A stretch of 63,630 nucleotides of DNA, filler included, from Octopus bimaculoides (Eukaryota), in assembly GCF_001194135.2 (NCBI RefSeq). It is 5 parts of 5 records of this genome, joined end to end, with 100 filler letters (N's around TTAATTAATTAA, not from the genome) between each part and the next. Parts side by side here need not be neighbours in the genome. Positions count along the whole stretch, not along the records: positions 1 to 12,443 come from NC_069007.1; 4 more parts are not named here. One strand, 5' to 3'. A program made the position numbers and the translations under genes. Shown piece by piece: positions 1 to 10,474 of the stretch. The notes below the pieces were generated by a model. It was not told the origin of the DNA and made no database searches. It saw only the letters and a list, made by a program, of their open reading frames with translations. Every line of letters begins with the position of its first letter. Position 1 is the stretch's first letter.

Positions 1-62
<62 letters not shown>

Positions 63-110
63 TATATGTATATATATATATATACATATACATATTTATA
101 AATACGTGTC

Positions 111-159
<49 letters not shown>
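1..159. repeat. (TA)n/(TG)n compound microsatellite
   Basis: Directly visible dinucleotide runs. Confidence 0.98.
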
Positions 160-161
<2 letters not shown>

Positions 162-253
162 GCATGGCCTAGTGGTTAGTGTGTTGCACTCACGGCCGCG
201 AGATCGTAGTTTCAATTCTTAGACTGGGTGGTGTGTTTTTTCCTTGTGCGAAA
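160..253 (+). mobile_element. tRNA-derived SINE head (5' fragment), same head type as the copies at 6545, 48465 and 59122
   Basis: A-box-like TGGCCTAGTGGTTAG and B-box-like GTTTCAATTCT; aligns by eye with the other heads in the window. Confidence 0.6.
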
Positions 254-616
254 TTCAGACATGTATATACGCATGCGTATCGCAGGCTACAGGATCACAG
301 GAGCATTAACGGTACAAGTGATCTCTTCTGGACCTGTAAAGTATATGACTTCGATATCCAGGAACAGGGATCAGCTACAAAGTTCTTGTTAAAGAAGAGA
401 CACAAAGATGTCCTTAGCGTTCATCATGCGGCAATAGAAAAATATCGGTTATGTTATATCAGGGTGAAAGGTATCACCTTAATAAACATCATCAGCTGAC
501 CCCCAGATACCTGCAAGATATTACCTGTACTTGAAGATTGATAAACTTGAAAATACATACACAAACAATGATCTAAGTACTAAAGAGACATGTTCACACA
601 GAACGTAAGTACAGGT

Positions 617-684
<68 letters not shown>

Positions 685-1035
685 NNNNNNNNNNNNNNNN
701 NNNNNNNNNNNNNNNNNNNNNNNNNNNNNNNNNNNNNNNNNNNNNNNNNNNNNNNNNNNNNNNNNNNNNNNNNNNNNNNNNNNNNNNNNNNNNNNNNNNN
801 NNNNNNNNNNNNNNNNNNNNNNNNNNNNNNNNNNNNNNNNNNNNNNNNNNNNNNNNNNNNNNNNNNNNNNNNNNNNNNNNNNNNNNNNNNNNNNNNNNNN
901 NNNNNNNNNNNNNNNNNNNNNNNNNNNNNNNNNNNNNNNNNNNNATAATATAAGTAATATATAAATATATGCATATATCCATCCATCCATCCATCCCTCT
1001 CTGTCTGTCTGTCTATCTATCTATCCATCTACACA

Positions 1036-1067
<32 letters not shown>

Positions 1068-1070
1068 CAA

Positions 1071-1116
<46 letters not shown>

Positions 1117-1284
1117 TTGCGTGTGTGTATAAATATATACATATATATATATACACGTATATATGTATATATATATATATATATACATTTATATATATAT
1201 ATACATATACATATATATATATGTGTGTGTGTGTATGTATATTTGTATATATGTGTGTGTGGGGGGTATGTATTTATATACACA

Positions 1285-1626
1285 CGCATGCGCCTTAAGA
1301 TGTTAGAAAACCGGTAAAACGGATTATTATTTCCCCGTCTTTACAGATTTCTCGTGTTCCGGGTATTTAATAGTGTTTTGGGTACTTTCGATTTCTAGAG
1401 TTAATCACCAGGCGCTGATAGCTGTCAAAACGAACAGACGTCATTGAGAGCACTGCCAATCACGTTACCAATACCCAGACCAACCTCACCACCAATCAAA
1501 GCCGAGCAATACATTTAAATACTCTGGCCGCCATTACCCAAAAACGCATTAAAATTCAGCGTAACGTCAACCACACGAAACGTTTGGCCGTGATGACGTA
1601 ATCCTGCTTAAAACAACGTATAAATA
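1285..1626. promoter_or_regulatory. Promoter-like unique island
   Basis: CpG-containing non-repetitive stretch with NRF1-like CGCATGCGC (1285-1293), CCAAT at 1456, 1468 and 1492, CRE/ATF cores at 1438, 1564 and 1594, and TATAAATA at 1619. Motif evidence only. Confidence 0.4.
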
Positions 1627-1627
1627 T

Positions 1628-1695
1628 ATTCTTTTATTCTTTATAATTCTTTTATTTGTTTCAGTCATTTGACTGCGGCCATGCTGCAGCACCGC
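1628..1695 (-). mobile_element. SINE family B, 3' end (cut by gap)
   Basis: TTGTTTCAGTCATTTGACTGCGGCCATGCTG matches the 3' ends at 3806, 26321, 14555 and 58765. Confidence 0.85.
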
Positions 1696-1859
1696 NNNNN
1701 NNNNNNNNNNNNNNNNNNNNNNNNNNNNNNNNNNNNNNNNNNNNNNNNNNNNNNNNNNNNNNNNNNNNNNNNNNNNNNNNNNNNNNNNNNNNNNNTATAT
1801 ATATATATATGCTCATAGGTGTGTGTAAGTATGTATATATGTATGTATGTATGTATCTA

Positions 1860-1965
1860 TGGTAACTTGGGCAAGTGTCATCTACCATAATATAGCCTTG
1901 GGTCAATTAAAGCCATGTGAGTGTATTTGTTAGATGGAAATTGAAAGAAGCCCGCCGAATATGTC
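1860..1965 (+). mobile_element. SINE family B, central part with CORE-like motif
   Basis: CTTGGGCAAGTGTC...TATAGCC...AAAGCC...GGAAATTGAAAGAAGCCCG followed by TG repeats; matches 15695 and 56866. Confidence 0.75.
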
Positions 1966-2329
1966 TGTATGCGTGTGTATGTGTGTTCCAATACGTGTGT
2001 ACCTGTTTGTATGATTCATTATTAATATATTTCGAACACGTGACTTTTTCTGTGATATTTTTTTTTGGTTTGTTTTTGTTTTCTTATTACTGGGACAATA
2101 ACCCCACATATTTTTTCAGAACAATTCTCCTTATCTCCTCATATATAGTTCATAGTTTCGAATCTTCCATTAACCCAATACTCTCTGTGACTCACAAACA
2201 ACTAAATTTCATATTAAATTCCCGTTGGATTTTTTAAAATATTTTAACGGCTTAATATATTCTACTTTATTATCATATATTAATAATAATAATCTATTTT
2301 TAGTCGGCTAGCGCCAATCTGTTTTCTTA

Positions 2330-2410
2330 TCCTGGTATTTGGTTCTTGGACTTCCGCCATGTTGATGCACCACCTTCAAGGGTTTTACAGATCGATATTA
2401 TCGATTCCAA
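2330..2410 (-). mobile_element. SINE family B, degenerate 3' end
   Basis: GCCATGTTGATGCACCACCTTCAAGGGTTTTA resembles 3847-3880. Confidence 0.5.
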
Positions 2411-3437
2411 TATTTCATTCATCTTTGTATGAATGAATGTCTTTCTATATCCGCGCGCTTACACTCACACAAACACACACAAATACACACACATGCGGCT
2501 ATATAATATGCATTTATGAGATATCATATATGTGTGTATGAACGTATGTATGTCTCCGGTTCAAAGCGTATATCAGTTGTACGTAATAATACAATGTATA
2601 GATGTATGTGTATAAATTCATATGTACGTGTGTGTGTATGTGTGTGTATGTGTGTGTCTATGTATATAAACATATACATGTATATATACAAATATATAAT
2701 CACTATATGTATGTATATACTGTATATATATATATATATATATATNNNNNNNNNNNNNNNNNNNNNNNNNNNNNNNNNNNNNNNNNNNNNNNNNNNNNNN
2801 NNNNNNNNNNNNNNNNNNNNNNNNNNNNNNNNNNNNNNNNNNNNNNNNNNNNNNNNNNNNNNNNNNNNNNNNNNNNNNNNNNNNNNNNNNNNNNNNNNNN
2901 NNNNNNNNNNNNNNNNNNNNNNNNNNNNNNNNNNNNNNNNNNNNNNNNNNNNNNNNNNNNNNNNNNNNNNNNNNNNNNNNNNNNNNNNNNNNNNNNNNNN
3001 NNNNNNNNNNNNNNNNNNNNNNNNNNNNNNNNNNNNNNNNNNNNNNNNNNNNNNNNNNNNNNNNNNNNNNNNNNNNNNNNNNNNNNNNNNNNNNNNNNNN
3101 NNNNNNNNNNNNNNNNNNNNNNNNNNNNNNNNNNNNNNNNNNNNNNNNNNNNNNNNNNNNNNNNNNNNNNNNNNNNNNNNNNNNNNNNNNNNNNNNNNNN
3201 NNNNNNNNNNNNNNNNNNNNNNNNNNNNNNNNNNNNNNNNNNNNNNNNNNNNNNNNNNNNNNNNNNNNNNNNNNNNNNNNNNNNNNNNNNNNNNNNNNNN
3301 NNNNNNNNNNNNNNNNNNNNNNNNNNNNNNNNNNNNNNNNNNNNNNNNNNNNNNNNNNNNNNNNNNNNNNNNNNNNNNNNNNNNNNNNNNNNNNNNNNNN
3401 NNNNNNNNNNNNNNNNNNNNNNNNNNNNNNNNNNNNN

Positions 3438-3476
<39 letters not shown>

Positions 3477-3805
3477 ATCTCTCTTAGTGTCTATACACAA
3501 ATGTATGTATACATAAATATAATACATACTTGTATTGTTCCAGTGAATATCGGAACCAATGTCCAATATTCAGATAATACATTATAATTACATTTATAAT
3601 TATGATTCTAATTAAGAATTGTAATTACTCTCTATGCGACCAACAGTTATTATTCTTGTTTAATGGTCTACAGAAATTAATTGTAACGCCCCCATTCTCC
3701 TCTGAGGCATACTTTTGCTATTCAAAAAATGAAATGCTTTATTTATTAATTTTTTTAATGATTTCAAATCTTCCGTTTCTGAAAAAAAAGTTCAGCCCAT
3801 TACCT

Positions 3806-4015
3806 ACTCTTTTATTCTTTTACTTGTTTCACTCATCTGACTGCGACCATGCTGGAGTACCGCCTTCAAGGGGTTTTAGTCGTGGAAATTGACCCCAGGA
3901 TTTTTTTTTATTAAGCCTAGTATTTATTCTATCGGTCTCATTTGATATGTTACGGGGACGTAAATACACCAACAACGGTTACCAAGCTGTAATGTAAAGA
4001 CCAACATAGACACAA
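3806..4015 (-). mobile_element. SINE family B, 3' half
   Basis: About 200 bp alignable to the reverse complement of 58765-58975 and 29947-30158. Confidence 0.85.
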
Positions 4016-4087
4016 AGCCACACATATAAAGCTCTATCTATCTATCTATCTATGTATGTATGTATGTATGTATCTATCTATCTATCT

Positions 4088-4123
4088 AAAGGCAGTGCTC
4101 CCGCATGACCGCAGTAAAAAAAA
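4088..4123 (+). mobile_element. SINE family B, 3' tip
   Basis: AAAGGCAGTGCTCCCGCATGACCGCAGT matches the family B terminus. Confidence 0.55.
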
Positions 4124-5100
4124 NNNNNNNNNNNNNNNNNNNNNNNNNNNNNNNNNNNNNNNNNNNNNNNNNNNNNNNNNNNNNNNNNNNNNNNNNNNNN
4201 NNNNNNNNNNNNNNNNNNNNNNNNNNNNNNNNNNNNNNNNNNNNNNNNNNNNNNNNNNNNNNNNNNNNNNNNNNNNNNNNNNNNNNNNNNNNNNNNNNNN
4301 NNNNNNNNNNNNNNNNNNNNNNNNNNNNNNNNNNNNNNNNNNNNNNNNNNNNNNNNNNNNNNNNNNNNNNNNNNNNNNNNNNNNNNNNNNNNNNNNNNNN
4401 NNNNNNNNNNNNNNNNNNNNNNNNNNNNNNNNNNNNNNNNNNNNNNNNNNNNNNNNNNNNNNNNNNNNNNNNNNNNNNNNNNNNNNNNNNNNNNNNNNNN
4501 NNNNNNNNNNNNNNNNNNNNNNNNNNNNNNNNNNNNNNNNNNNNNNNNNNNNNNNNNNNNNNNNNNNNNNNNNNNNNNNNNNNNNNNNNNNNNNNNNNNN
4601 NNNNNNNNNNNNNNNNNNNNNNNNNNNNNNNNNNNNNNNNNNNNNNNNNNNNNNNNNNNNNNNNNNNNNNNNNNNNNNNNNNNNNNNNNNNNNNNNNNNN
4701 NNNNNNNNNNNNNNNNNNNNNNNNNNNNNNNNNNNNNNNNNNNNNNNNNNNNNNNNNNNNNNNNNNNNNNNNNNNNNNNNNNNNNNNNNNNNNNNNNNNN
4801 NNNNNNNNNNNNNNNNNNNNNNNNNNNNNNNNNNNNNNNNNNNNNNNNNNNNNNNNNNNNNNNNNNNNNNNNNNNNNNNNNNNNNNNNNNNNNNNNNNNN
4901 NNNNNNNNNNNNNNNNNNNNNNNNNNNNNNNNNNNNNNNNNNNNNNNNNNNNNNNNNNNNNNNNNNNNNNNNNNNNNNNNNNNNNNNNNNNNNNNNNNNN
5001 NNNNNNNNNNNNNNNNNNNNNNNNNNNNNNNNNNNNNNNNNNNNNNNNNNNNNNNNNNNNNNNNNNNNNNNNNNNNNNNNNNNNNNNNNNNNNNNNNNNN

Positions 5101-5570
5101 CTTCTTCTTCTTCTTCTTCTTCTTCTGCTGCTGCTTTTCCCCTTCTCGTCCCCGCCGTTTTCCTTTTCTATTCATTCATTCATTCATTCTTCTTCTTCTT
5201 CTTCTTCTTCTTCTTCTTCTTCTTCTTCTTCTTCTTCGTCTTCTTCTCGTCTCTCCTTTTTCTTTTTCTATTCATTCATTCATTCTTCTTCTTTTCCTTT
5301 TTCTTCTCGTTCTCGTCGTCCTACTTTTTCATTCATTTTCTTTTCCTTCTTCTTCTTTTCCTTCTTCTTTTCCTTCTTCTTCTTCTTCTTCTTCTTCTTC
5401 TTCTTCTGCTGCTGCTGCTGCTGCTGCTTTTCCCCTTCTCGTCCCCGCCGTTTTCCTTTTCTATTCATTCATTCATTCATTCATTCTTCTTCTTCTTCTT
5501 CTTCTTCTTCTTCATTCTCCCTTTTCTTCTTTTTCCCGATGCATTTCTTTTTCTTTTTCTTTTAGGATTT
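5101..5570. repeat. (CTT)n/(CTG)n/(ATTC)n compound repeat with an internal duplicated unit
   Basis: Visible; the block CTTTTCCCCTTCTCGTCCCCGCCGTTTTCCTTTTCTATTC occurs twice. Confidence 0.95.
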
Positions 5571-5663
5571 GTCCCCTTTCGTTTTTAGTACTTAGGGTTT
5601 GTACATCGTTCTATCCTATCTTTGTCTTTTCCTTCTTCATCCTTTTTCTTCTCATCAGCGTTT

Positions 5664-5721
5664 TAAAATAGAGCCATTAAAATAGAGCCATTAAAATAGA
5701 GCCATTAAAATAGAGCCATTA
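5664..5721. repeat. Four perfect tandem copies of the 14-mer TAAAATAGAGCCAT
   Basis: Directly visible. Confidence 0.95.
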
Positions 5722-5795
5722 CGTCCAAAACAGAGTATAACTTCCGCAAGCACGCTTATTCTTATTATTATAACTAAATAAACCGCTGGTACTAT

Positions 5796-5810
5796 CCACC
5801 AGGTGGCAGC
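5796..5810 (+). promoter_or_regulatory. Candidate CTCF-binding site
   Basis: CCACCAGGTGGCAGC is a near-perfect match to the bilaterian CTCF core motif and lies in unique sequence. No binding data. Confidence 0.5.
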
Positions 5811-6000
5811 AACAGTGGTCGTTAGCGTTGTTGCTTAGCACTTGGTGACCTTTGAACGAAACATACAATCAATGTTAATACATCCACGAACACTTAAGAT
5901 AACATTATATACAATTGAAGAAGATTTGGTTACTGTCTCTAGCAGACAAACCAGCTCACATAGAGCTCGCTTTGTTATTTGAAGGGCTTGTTGCTTAGAT

Positions 6001-6297
6001 CAGGGGTTTTCAAACTGTGGTCCGCGGACCACAGGGGGTCCGCAAGGACAAGACAGGGGGTCCGCGGACAGCAAATACTTTTTATGAGCAATTTGATTTT
6101 ATATATGTTTTTTAATCGAAATCTTTTAATTGACAATAAACCTATTTGTTAAATACTGTTAAATAAATACATGTAAAAATATATGTTATTTTAAGCAAAT
6201 ATTTATGTATAAATTTCATAAGCGTTTATAAGGGAGTCCCTAAGGTAAAGCCTGAAATATAAAGGGGTCTGCAAGTCAAAAAGTTTGAAAACCCCTG
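6001..6297. mobile_element. Non-autonomous hAT (Charlie-like) MITE, 297 bp
   Basis: Perfect 16-bp TIRs CAGGGGTTTTCAAACT and 8-bp TSD GCTTAGAT (5993-6000 and 6298-6305). Confidence 0.95.
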
Positions 6298-6544
6298 GCT
6301 TAGATTGACCTTTGTGAAGGAAGGGTTTTATATAGCGCAGTGATTTACAATCATCACGGACAGTGCAAAAGAGGTCATCCTGTTAAAGGTGATAGTCATG
6401 GCGGTGTTAATAGTTGCTGTTGTTTAACCCTAGGTTACTTCTAAGCAAATTCTAAAGCAGTCTTTCGACCATCGACCCTCTTTAGCCACTTCTCCTTCTG
6501 CATCGACCACCCTCCGCATTTAAAATACCTTAATACCTTACCCT

Positions 6545-6857
6545 GTGGAGGTGCAATGGCCCAGTGGTTAGCGCAGCGGACTCGCAGTCGGAGGATCACG
6601 GTTTCGATTCCGAGACCGGGCGTTGTGAGTGTTTATTGAGCGAAAACACCTAAGTTCCACGAGGCTCCGGCAGGGGGTGGTGGCGTCCTCTGTTGTACTC
6701 TTTCACCACAACTTTCTCTCACTCTTACTTCCTGTTTCTTGAGTAACGCTGCGATGGACTGGCGTCCCGTCCAGCTGGAGGGAACACATACGCCATAGAA
6801 ACCGGGAAACCGGACCCATGAGCCTGGCTAGGCTTTGAAAGGGCGAAAAGAAGAAAG
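6545..6857 (+). mobile_element. Full-length tRNA-derived SINE with V/Meta-like 3' module
   Basis: A box TGGCCCAGTGGTTAG, B box GTTTCGATTCC, A-rich tail and 13-bp TSD AATACCTTACCCT (6532-6544 and 6858-6870). The segment GCGATGGACTGGCGTCCCGTCCAG resembles the V/Meta SINE domain. Confidence 0.95.
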
Positions 6858-7489
6858 AATACCTTACCCTACCGTACCATATCTTAAATGTGTACCGGGT
6901 ACTGATGCTGGCAATTAAAATGTTAGCTAAAATTAATATAAACAGCAGTTTGAAATGTTTCACCGTCACTTGGAACCTCCGACATTACTAGAAATAAGAG
7001 ATAAGCAGCTCTAATAATGTATATATATATATTACATTATATTGTTCTATTTTATACTATAATCTTATAAATTGTACATAGTGTTAAATACATATATTGT
7101 ATATATTTATATTATATATATGCGCGTGTATAAATATTATACAATCTATATATCACACATACCCAAATACAATCTATTTCGCTCCACATCTGTCACTGCG
7201 TCTCTCTCTCTTTCTCTCTCTCTCTCTCTCCGTTTCCTTTCTTCCATCCACCCATCTCACCGCCCAACCCACCACCCACCCATCCATCCATCCATCCATC
7301 CATCCATCTATCTCTCCATCCAACCATCCATCTGTCACGCAGTCCAATCTCTCATGTCTCTCAAACGACATTTTACCATTCCATTCGCCTATTTCTTCCA
7401 TTGTTCAAACTAATTGTCGCACTTGACCCGGCATTCACCAATGACATCACCTCGCTACACCTCCCTCCCTTCCTCCATCTGTATATATA

Positions 7490-7535
<46 letters not shown>

Positions 7536-7951
7536 AGTGTATGTGTGTGGACGTGCGTGTGCGTGGAGGGTAGGGGGCGTGCATTAACGCTCTTTTTCTG
7601 TTGTTGCTTGTTTTCTTAACAATGCGTCTCTCTCTCTCTCTCTCTTTCTCTCTAAGTTTCTTCTATGTCTGTCTGTTTGTCTGCCTTTCTATCTCTGTTT
7701 TCTGCGTCTTTTTTTTCTATCTTGTACGATCTCTTTCTTTCTTTCTTTCTTTCTTTATCTTTGCCTCTCTTTCTCTAACTATATTTGTGGGTATTTGTGC
7801 GTGTGTGTGTGTGTGTGTGTGTCTCACTCTCAGTGTCTCTTTGTTTCCCTCTCTCTCCCTGTGCCTTTGTCTCTCTCTCTCTTTCTGGCTGTCTGTCTGT
7901 CTATGTTTCTCTCTGTTTCTGTGTCTCTGTCTCTGTCATTTTCTTTGTCTT

Positions 7952-7987
<36 letters not shown>

Positions 7988-8149
7988 CCTATCTGTCTAT
8001 CTATCTATCCATCTATCTATCTATCTATCTCTTTTCCCCTTCACCCTTCTCTTTGTCTCTGTCTCTTCCCAACGACATCCATCCAACCAACCAGCCAACA
8101 AACGCAACTAGCCATCCAACCAACGGACCAACGAACATTGACAACACGA

Positions 8150-8475
8150 CAGTGACATCCAACCAATCAGAAGAGCCGACGCCTCTTTCAAAGCCGGGCT
8201 GCTGCTAATTCGAAGACTAGCAGAAGACAAAAGAAGACAAAGAACAGCTTCTGTACAGCTCCACCTCTGTTTTGTTTGTCTGTTAGCTGCCATTTCTCAG
8301 ATTGCGCATGGTCATTGGCCGAGAAAATACATCGCAGCCGACATGTGAATAATGACAGGGCGAGCGTGACTGGCTGCGAGAGAAAAGACGCGAAATAAAA
8401 GGATACGAAAAAAAAAAGGAGGGGGTGGGTAGCGGCGGCGGCGGTGAGGGTACGATGGCGGAAAATTGGCAGGGG
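8150..8475. promoter_or_regulatory. CpG/GC-rich promoter-like island
   Basis: CCAAT at 8163, ATTGG at 8314 and 8465, TGCGCATG (NRF1-like), YY1-like GCCATTT and GATGGCGG, and a (GGC)n tract. Motif evidence only. Confidence 0.35.
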
Positions 8476-8534
8476 TGGAGGAAGTTGGTGTGGTGGTGTT
8501 GGTGGTGGTGGTGGTAGAGGGTTTGGGTTCGGGG

Positions 8535-8862
8535 AGGGTAATATAACAAAAGATAAGAATTGAACATAATAGTTTTAAAAGATTTGCGTTGGAAAAATAA
8601 GAGCGAGATAAGGAAGGAAAGGAGAAAGAAAGGAAGAAGAAAGAAAGAAAAGGACGAAGGAAGGAACGAAGGAAGAAAGAAAGAATGAAACGANNNNNNN
8701 NNNAGGGTAATATAACAAAAGATAAGAATTGAACATAATAGTTTTAAAAGATTTGCGTTGGAAAAATAAGAGCGAGATAAGGAAGGAAAGGAGAAAGAAA
8801 GGAAGAAGAAAGAAAGAAAAGGACGAAGGAAGGAACGAAGGAAGAAAGAAAGAATGAAACGA
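8535..8862. other. 159-bp exact duplication flanking a 10-N gap (probable assembly overlap artefact)
   Basis: 8535-8693 is identical to 8704-8862 and separated only by N10. Confidence 0.85.
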
Positions 8863-8864
8863 AG

Positions 8865-9045
8865 AAACAGATAGAGGTGGTAAGGCAATCCAGCCATGCC
8901 AATCCAGTTTTATTTTACCTCGGTACATAGTTTCATTACAATCTCATTGCCAAATGTGCCTTCCGTGTATTTTTTGCATGAGACAATAAATTTTAGGTTA
9001 TTTGGCTGCTATTTCTAACACAGTAGTCGACTACATAGTGACTGC
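8865..9045 (+). mobile_element. Unclassified dispersed repeat, family C
   Basis: Shares TCCAGCC...CC and ATTTGGCTGCTATTTCTA(A/G)CA blocks with 26695, 37370 and 11755. Confidence 0.6.
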
Positions 9046-9226
9046 CACGTTTCTCGATTATTTTTATCTATTTAATTATATTTCTGGCGTTGTTCTTCCT
9101 CTCCAAGTTAGAACATGTCAAGCAGATCTGTGATCAAAGACACTCCAAGCGTGAACATCGCGTCTTTACTGGCAATAACATCAACAAGAGCAGGATTATT
9201 GATCTTATTGTTGTTGTTGGTAACAC

Positions 9227-9437
9227 GGCGAACTGGTGGAATCGTTAGCACGCCGGACAAAATGCTTAGAGTTGTTTCGTCCGTCTGTACGATCTGCGTT
9301 CAAATTCCGCCGAGGTCGACTTTGCCTTTCATCCTTTCGAGGTCGATAAATTAAGTACCAGCAAAATACTGGGGTCGATGTAATCGACTAGTCTCCTCAA
9401 CCAAAATTTCAAGCCTTGTGCCTTTAGTAGAAAGGAT
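9227..9437 (+). mobile_element. tRNA-derived SINE family A, full length
   Basis: Head AATCGTTAGCACGCC, B-box-like GTTCAAATTCC, body GGTCGACTTTGCCTTTCATCC...CTGGGGTCGATGTAATCGACT; matches 60262. Confidence 0.92.
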
Positions 9438-9708
9438 ATTGTTGTTGCTGTTGTTGTTGTTGTTTCTGCTTAGCCCCACCCCTCTCCACTAGGTTTGTTC
9501 TGAACGGACACTGGAAGAAAAGCGTACCTGTTGTGACCATCTCGACTTTATACCATTAGGATTGTGGCCATATTAGAGCACTGGGGATCAGAATATAAGT
9601 GGTAGCTCAGGATGCCCACAATCTTCACAGGCTAAAGTACACATACACACACACACACATACATACAGTCATGCATAGACACAAACGCACACATACACAC
9701 ATATACAT

Positions 9709-9864
9709 TGATCTTAAGTTTTGACACAACTTCGGAGGAGGGCGTAAGTTTTTTAACGACCCCGAAAGGATAGAAGGTACCGTCCATCTCAGCGGAATTT
9801 GAACTCAGAGCATCAAGACGGACGGACTGTTGCTAAGCATTTTGTTCAGGGTGCTGACGTTTCT
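9709..9864 (-). mobile_element. SINE family A, diverged copy
   Basis: GGAATTTGAACTCAGA...GCTAAGCATTTTG...GTGCTGACG is the reverse complement of the family A head and body. Confidence 0.85.
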
Positions 9865-10161
9865 TATATCTTTATTGCTCACAAAGAGCTAAACATAGGA
9901 AACCGAATGAAAACGAACATGGAGTTTCATTAGACCAGAACGAGAGGAAAATAGTGAACGCTGGGAGAAATATTTTATTTGTAAAGAGAAAAGAGAAAAG
10001 TTATGGTATATTCTGTTAAGAACGTAGTAAAGTACAGTATAGACCTTCAGATTTCAACTTGTGCTAACCAGTAGTAGTATCATACGTACTTCCAGGTTTT
10101 CGTTTGGGCATCTGTCATGTGTGAACAGATGATTGAAAAAAATTGGAGTCAACAAGGAGGA

Positions 10162-10474
10162 GTACGGTTAGACATTTGTTTTCAATCACTACAATTGTTT
10201 CTACGTAACGTAGTTCTCCAGGCGTGCAGGTACTTTACTTTATTAAGCAACCGTTTCCCTGCATTATGAGATCTGAATTTAAGCCACGACAGACAGAGAG
10301 GATATTCTTCAAGCCGAGAATTTGAACTTAAGGAGACAATATTTACATATCGCCCGAGGAAATACTAGATCTCCCAAAACAGGGAAACGGTTGCATAATC
10401 AAGTACCTGCACGCCAGGAGAACTACGTTGCGTAGAAACAATTGTAGCGATTGAAAATAAATGTTCAGCCGTAC
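10162..10474. mobile_element. Foldback/MITE-like element with about 100-bp inverted arms
   Basis: 10162-10261 pairs with 10380-10474 with few mismatches and one small indel. The ends are compatible with a TA or GTAC target duplication. Superfamily unassigned. Confidence 0.8.

Noticed and set aside
285-500. Possible very old RTE LINE 3' end on the minus strand (weak similarity to 33150-33320), and ORF 179-499
   Set aside because: The similarity is patchy and needs several frameshifts. ORF 179-499 starts inside a SINE head and resembles no known protein.
8108-8293. 61-aa ORF MAANRQTKQRW... with a good ATG context
   Set aside because: No recognisable domain and no convincing donor, and it runs into CCAA-type simple repeat. 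Kept only as part of the promoter-like finding.
8535-8862. Exact 159-bp direct repeat (also 37712-38152)
   Set aside because: The copies sit on either side of an N-gap, the usual signature of unmerged contig overlap.
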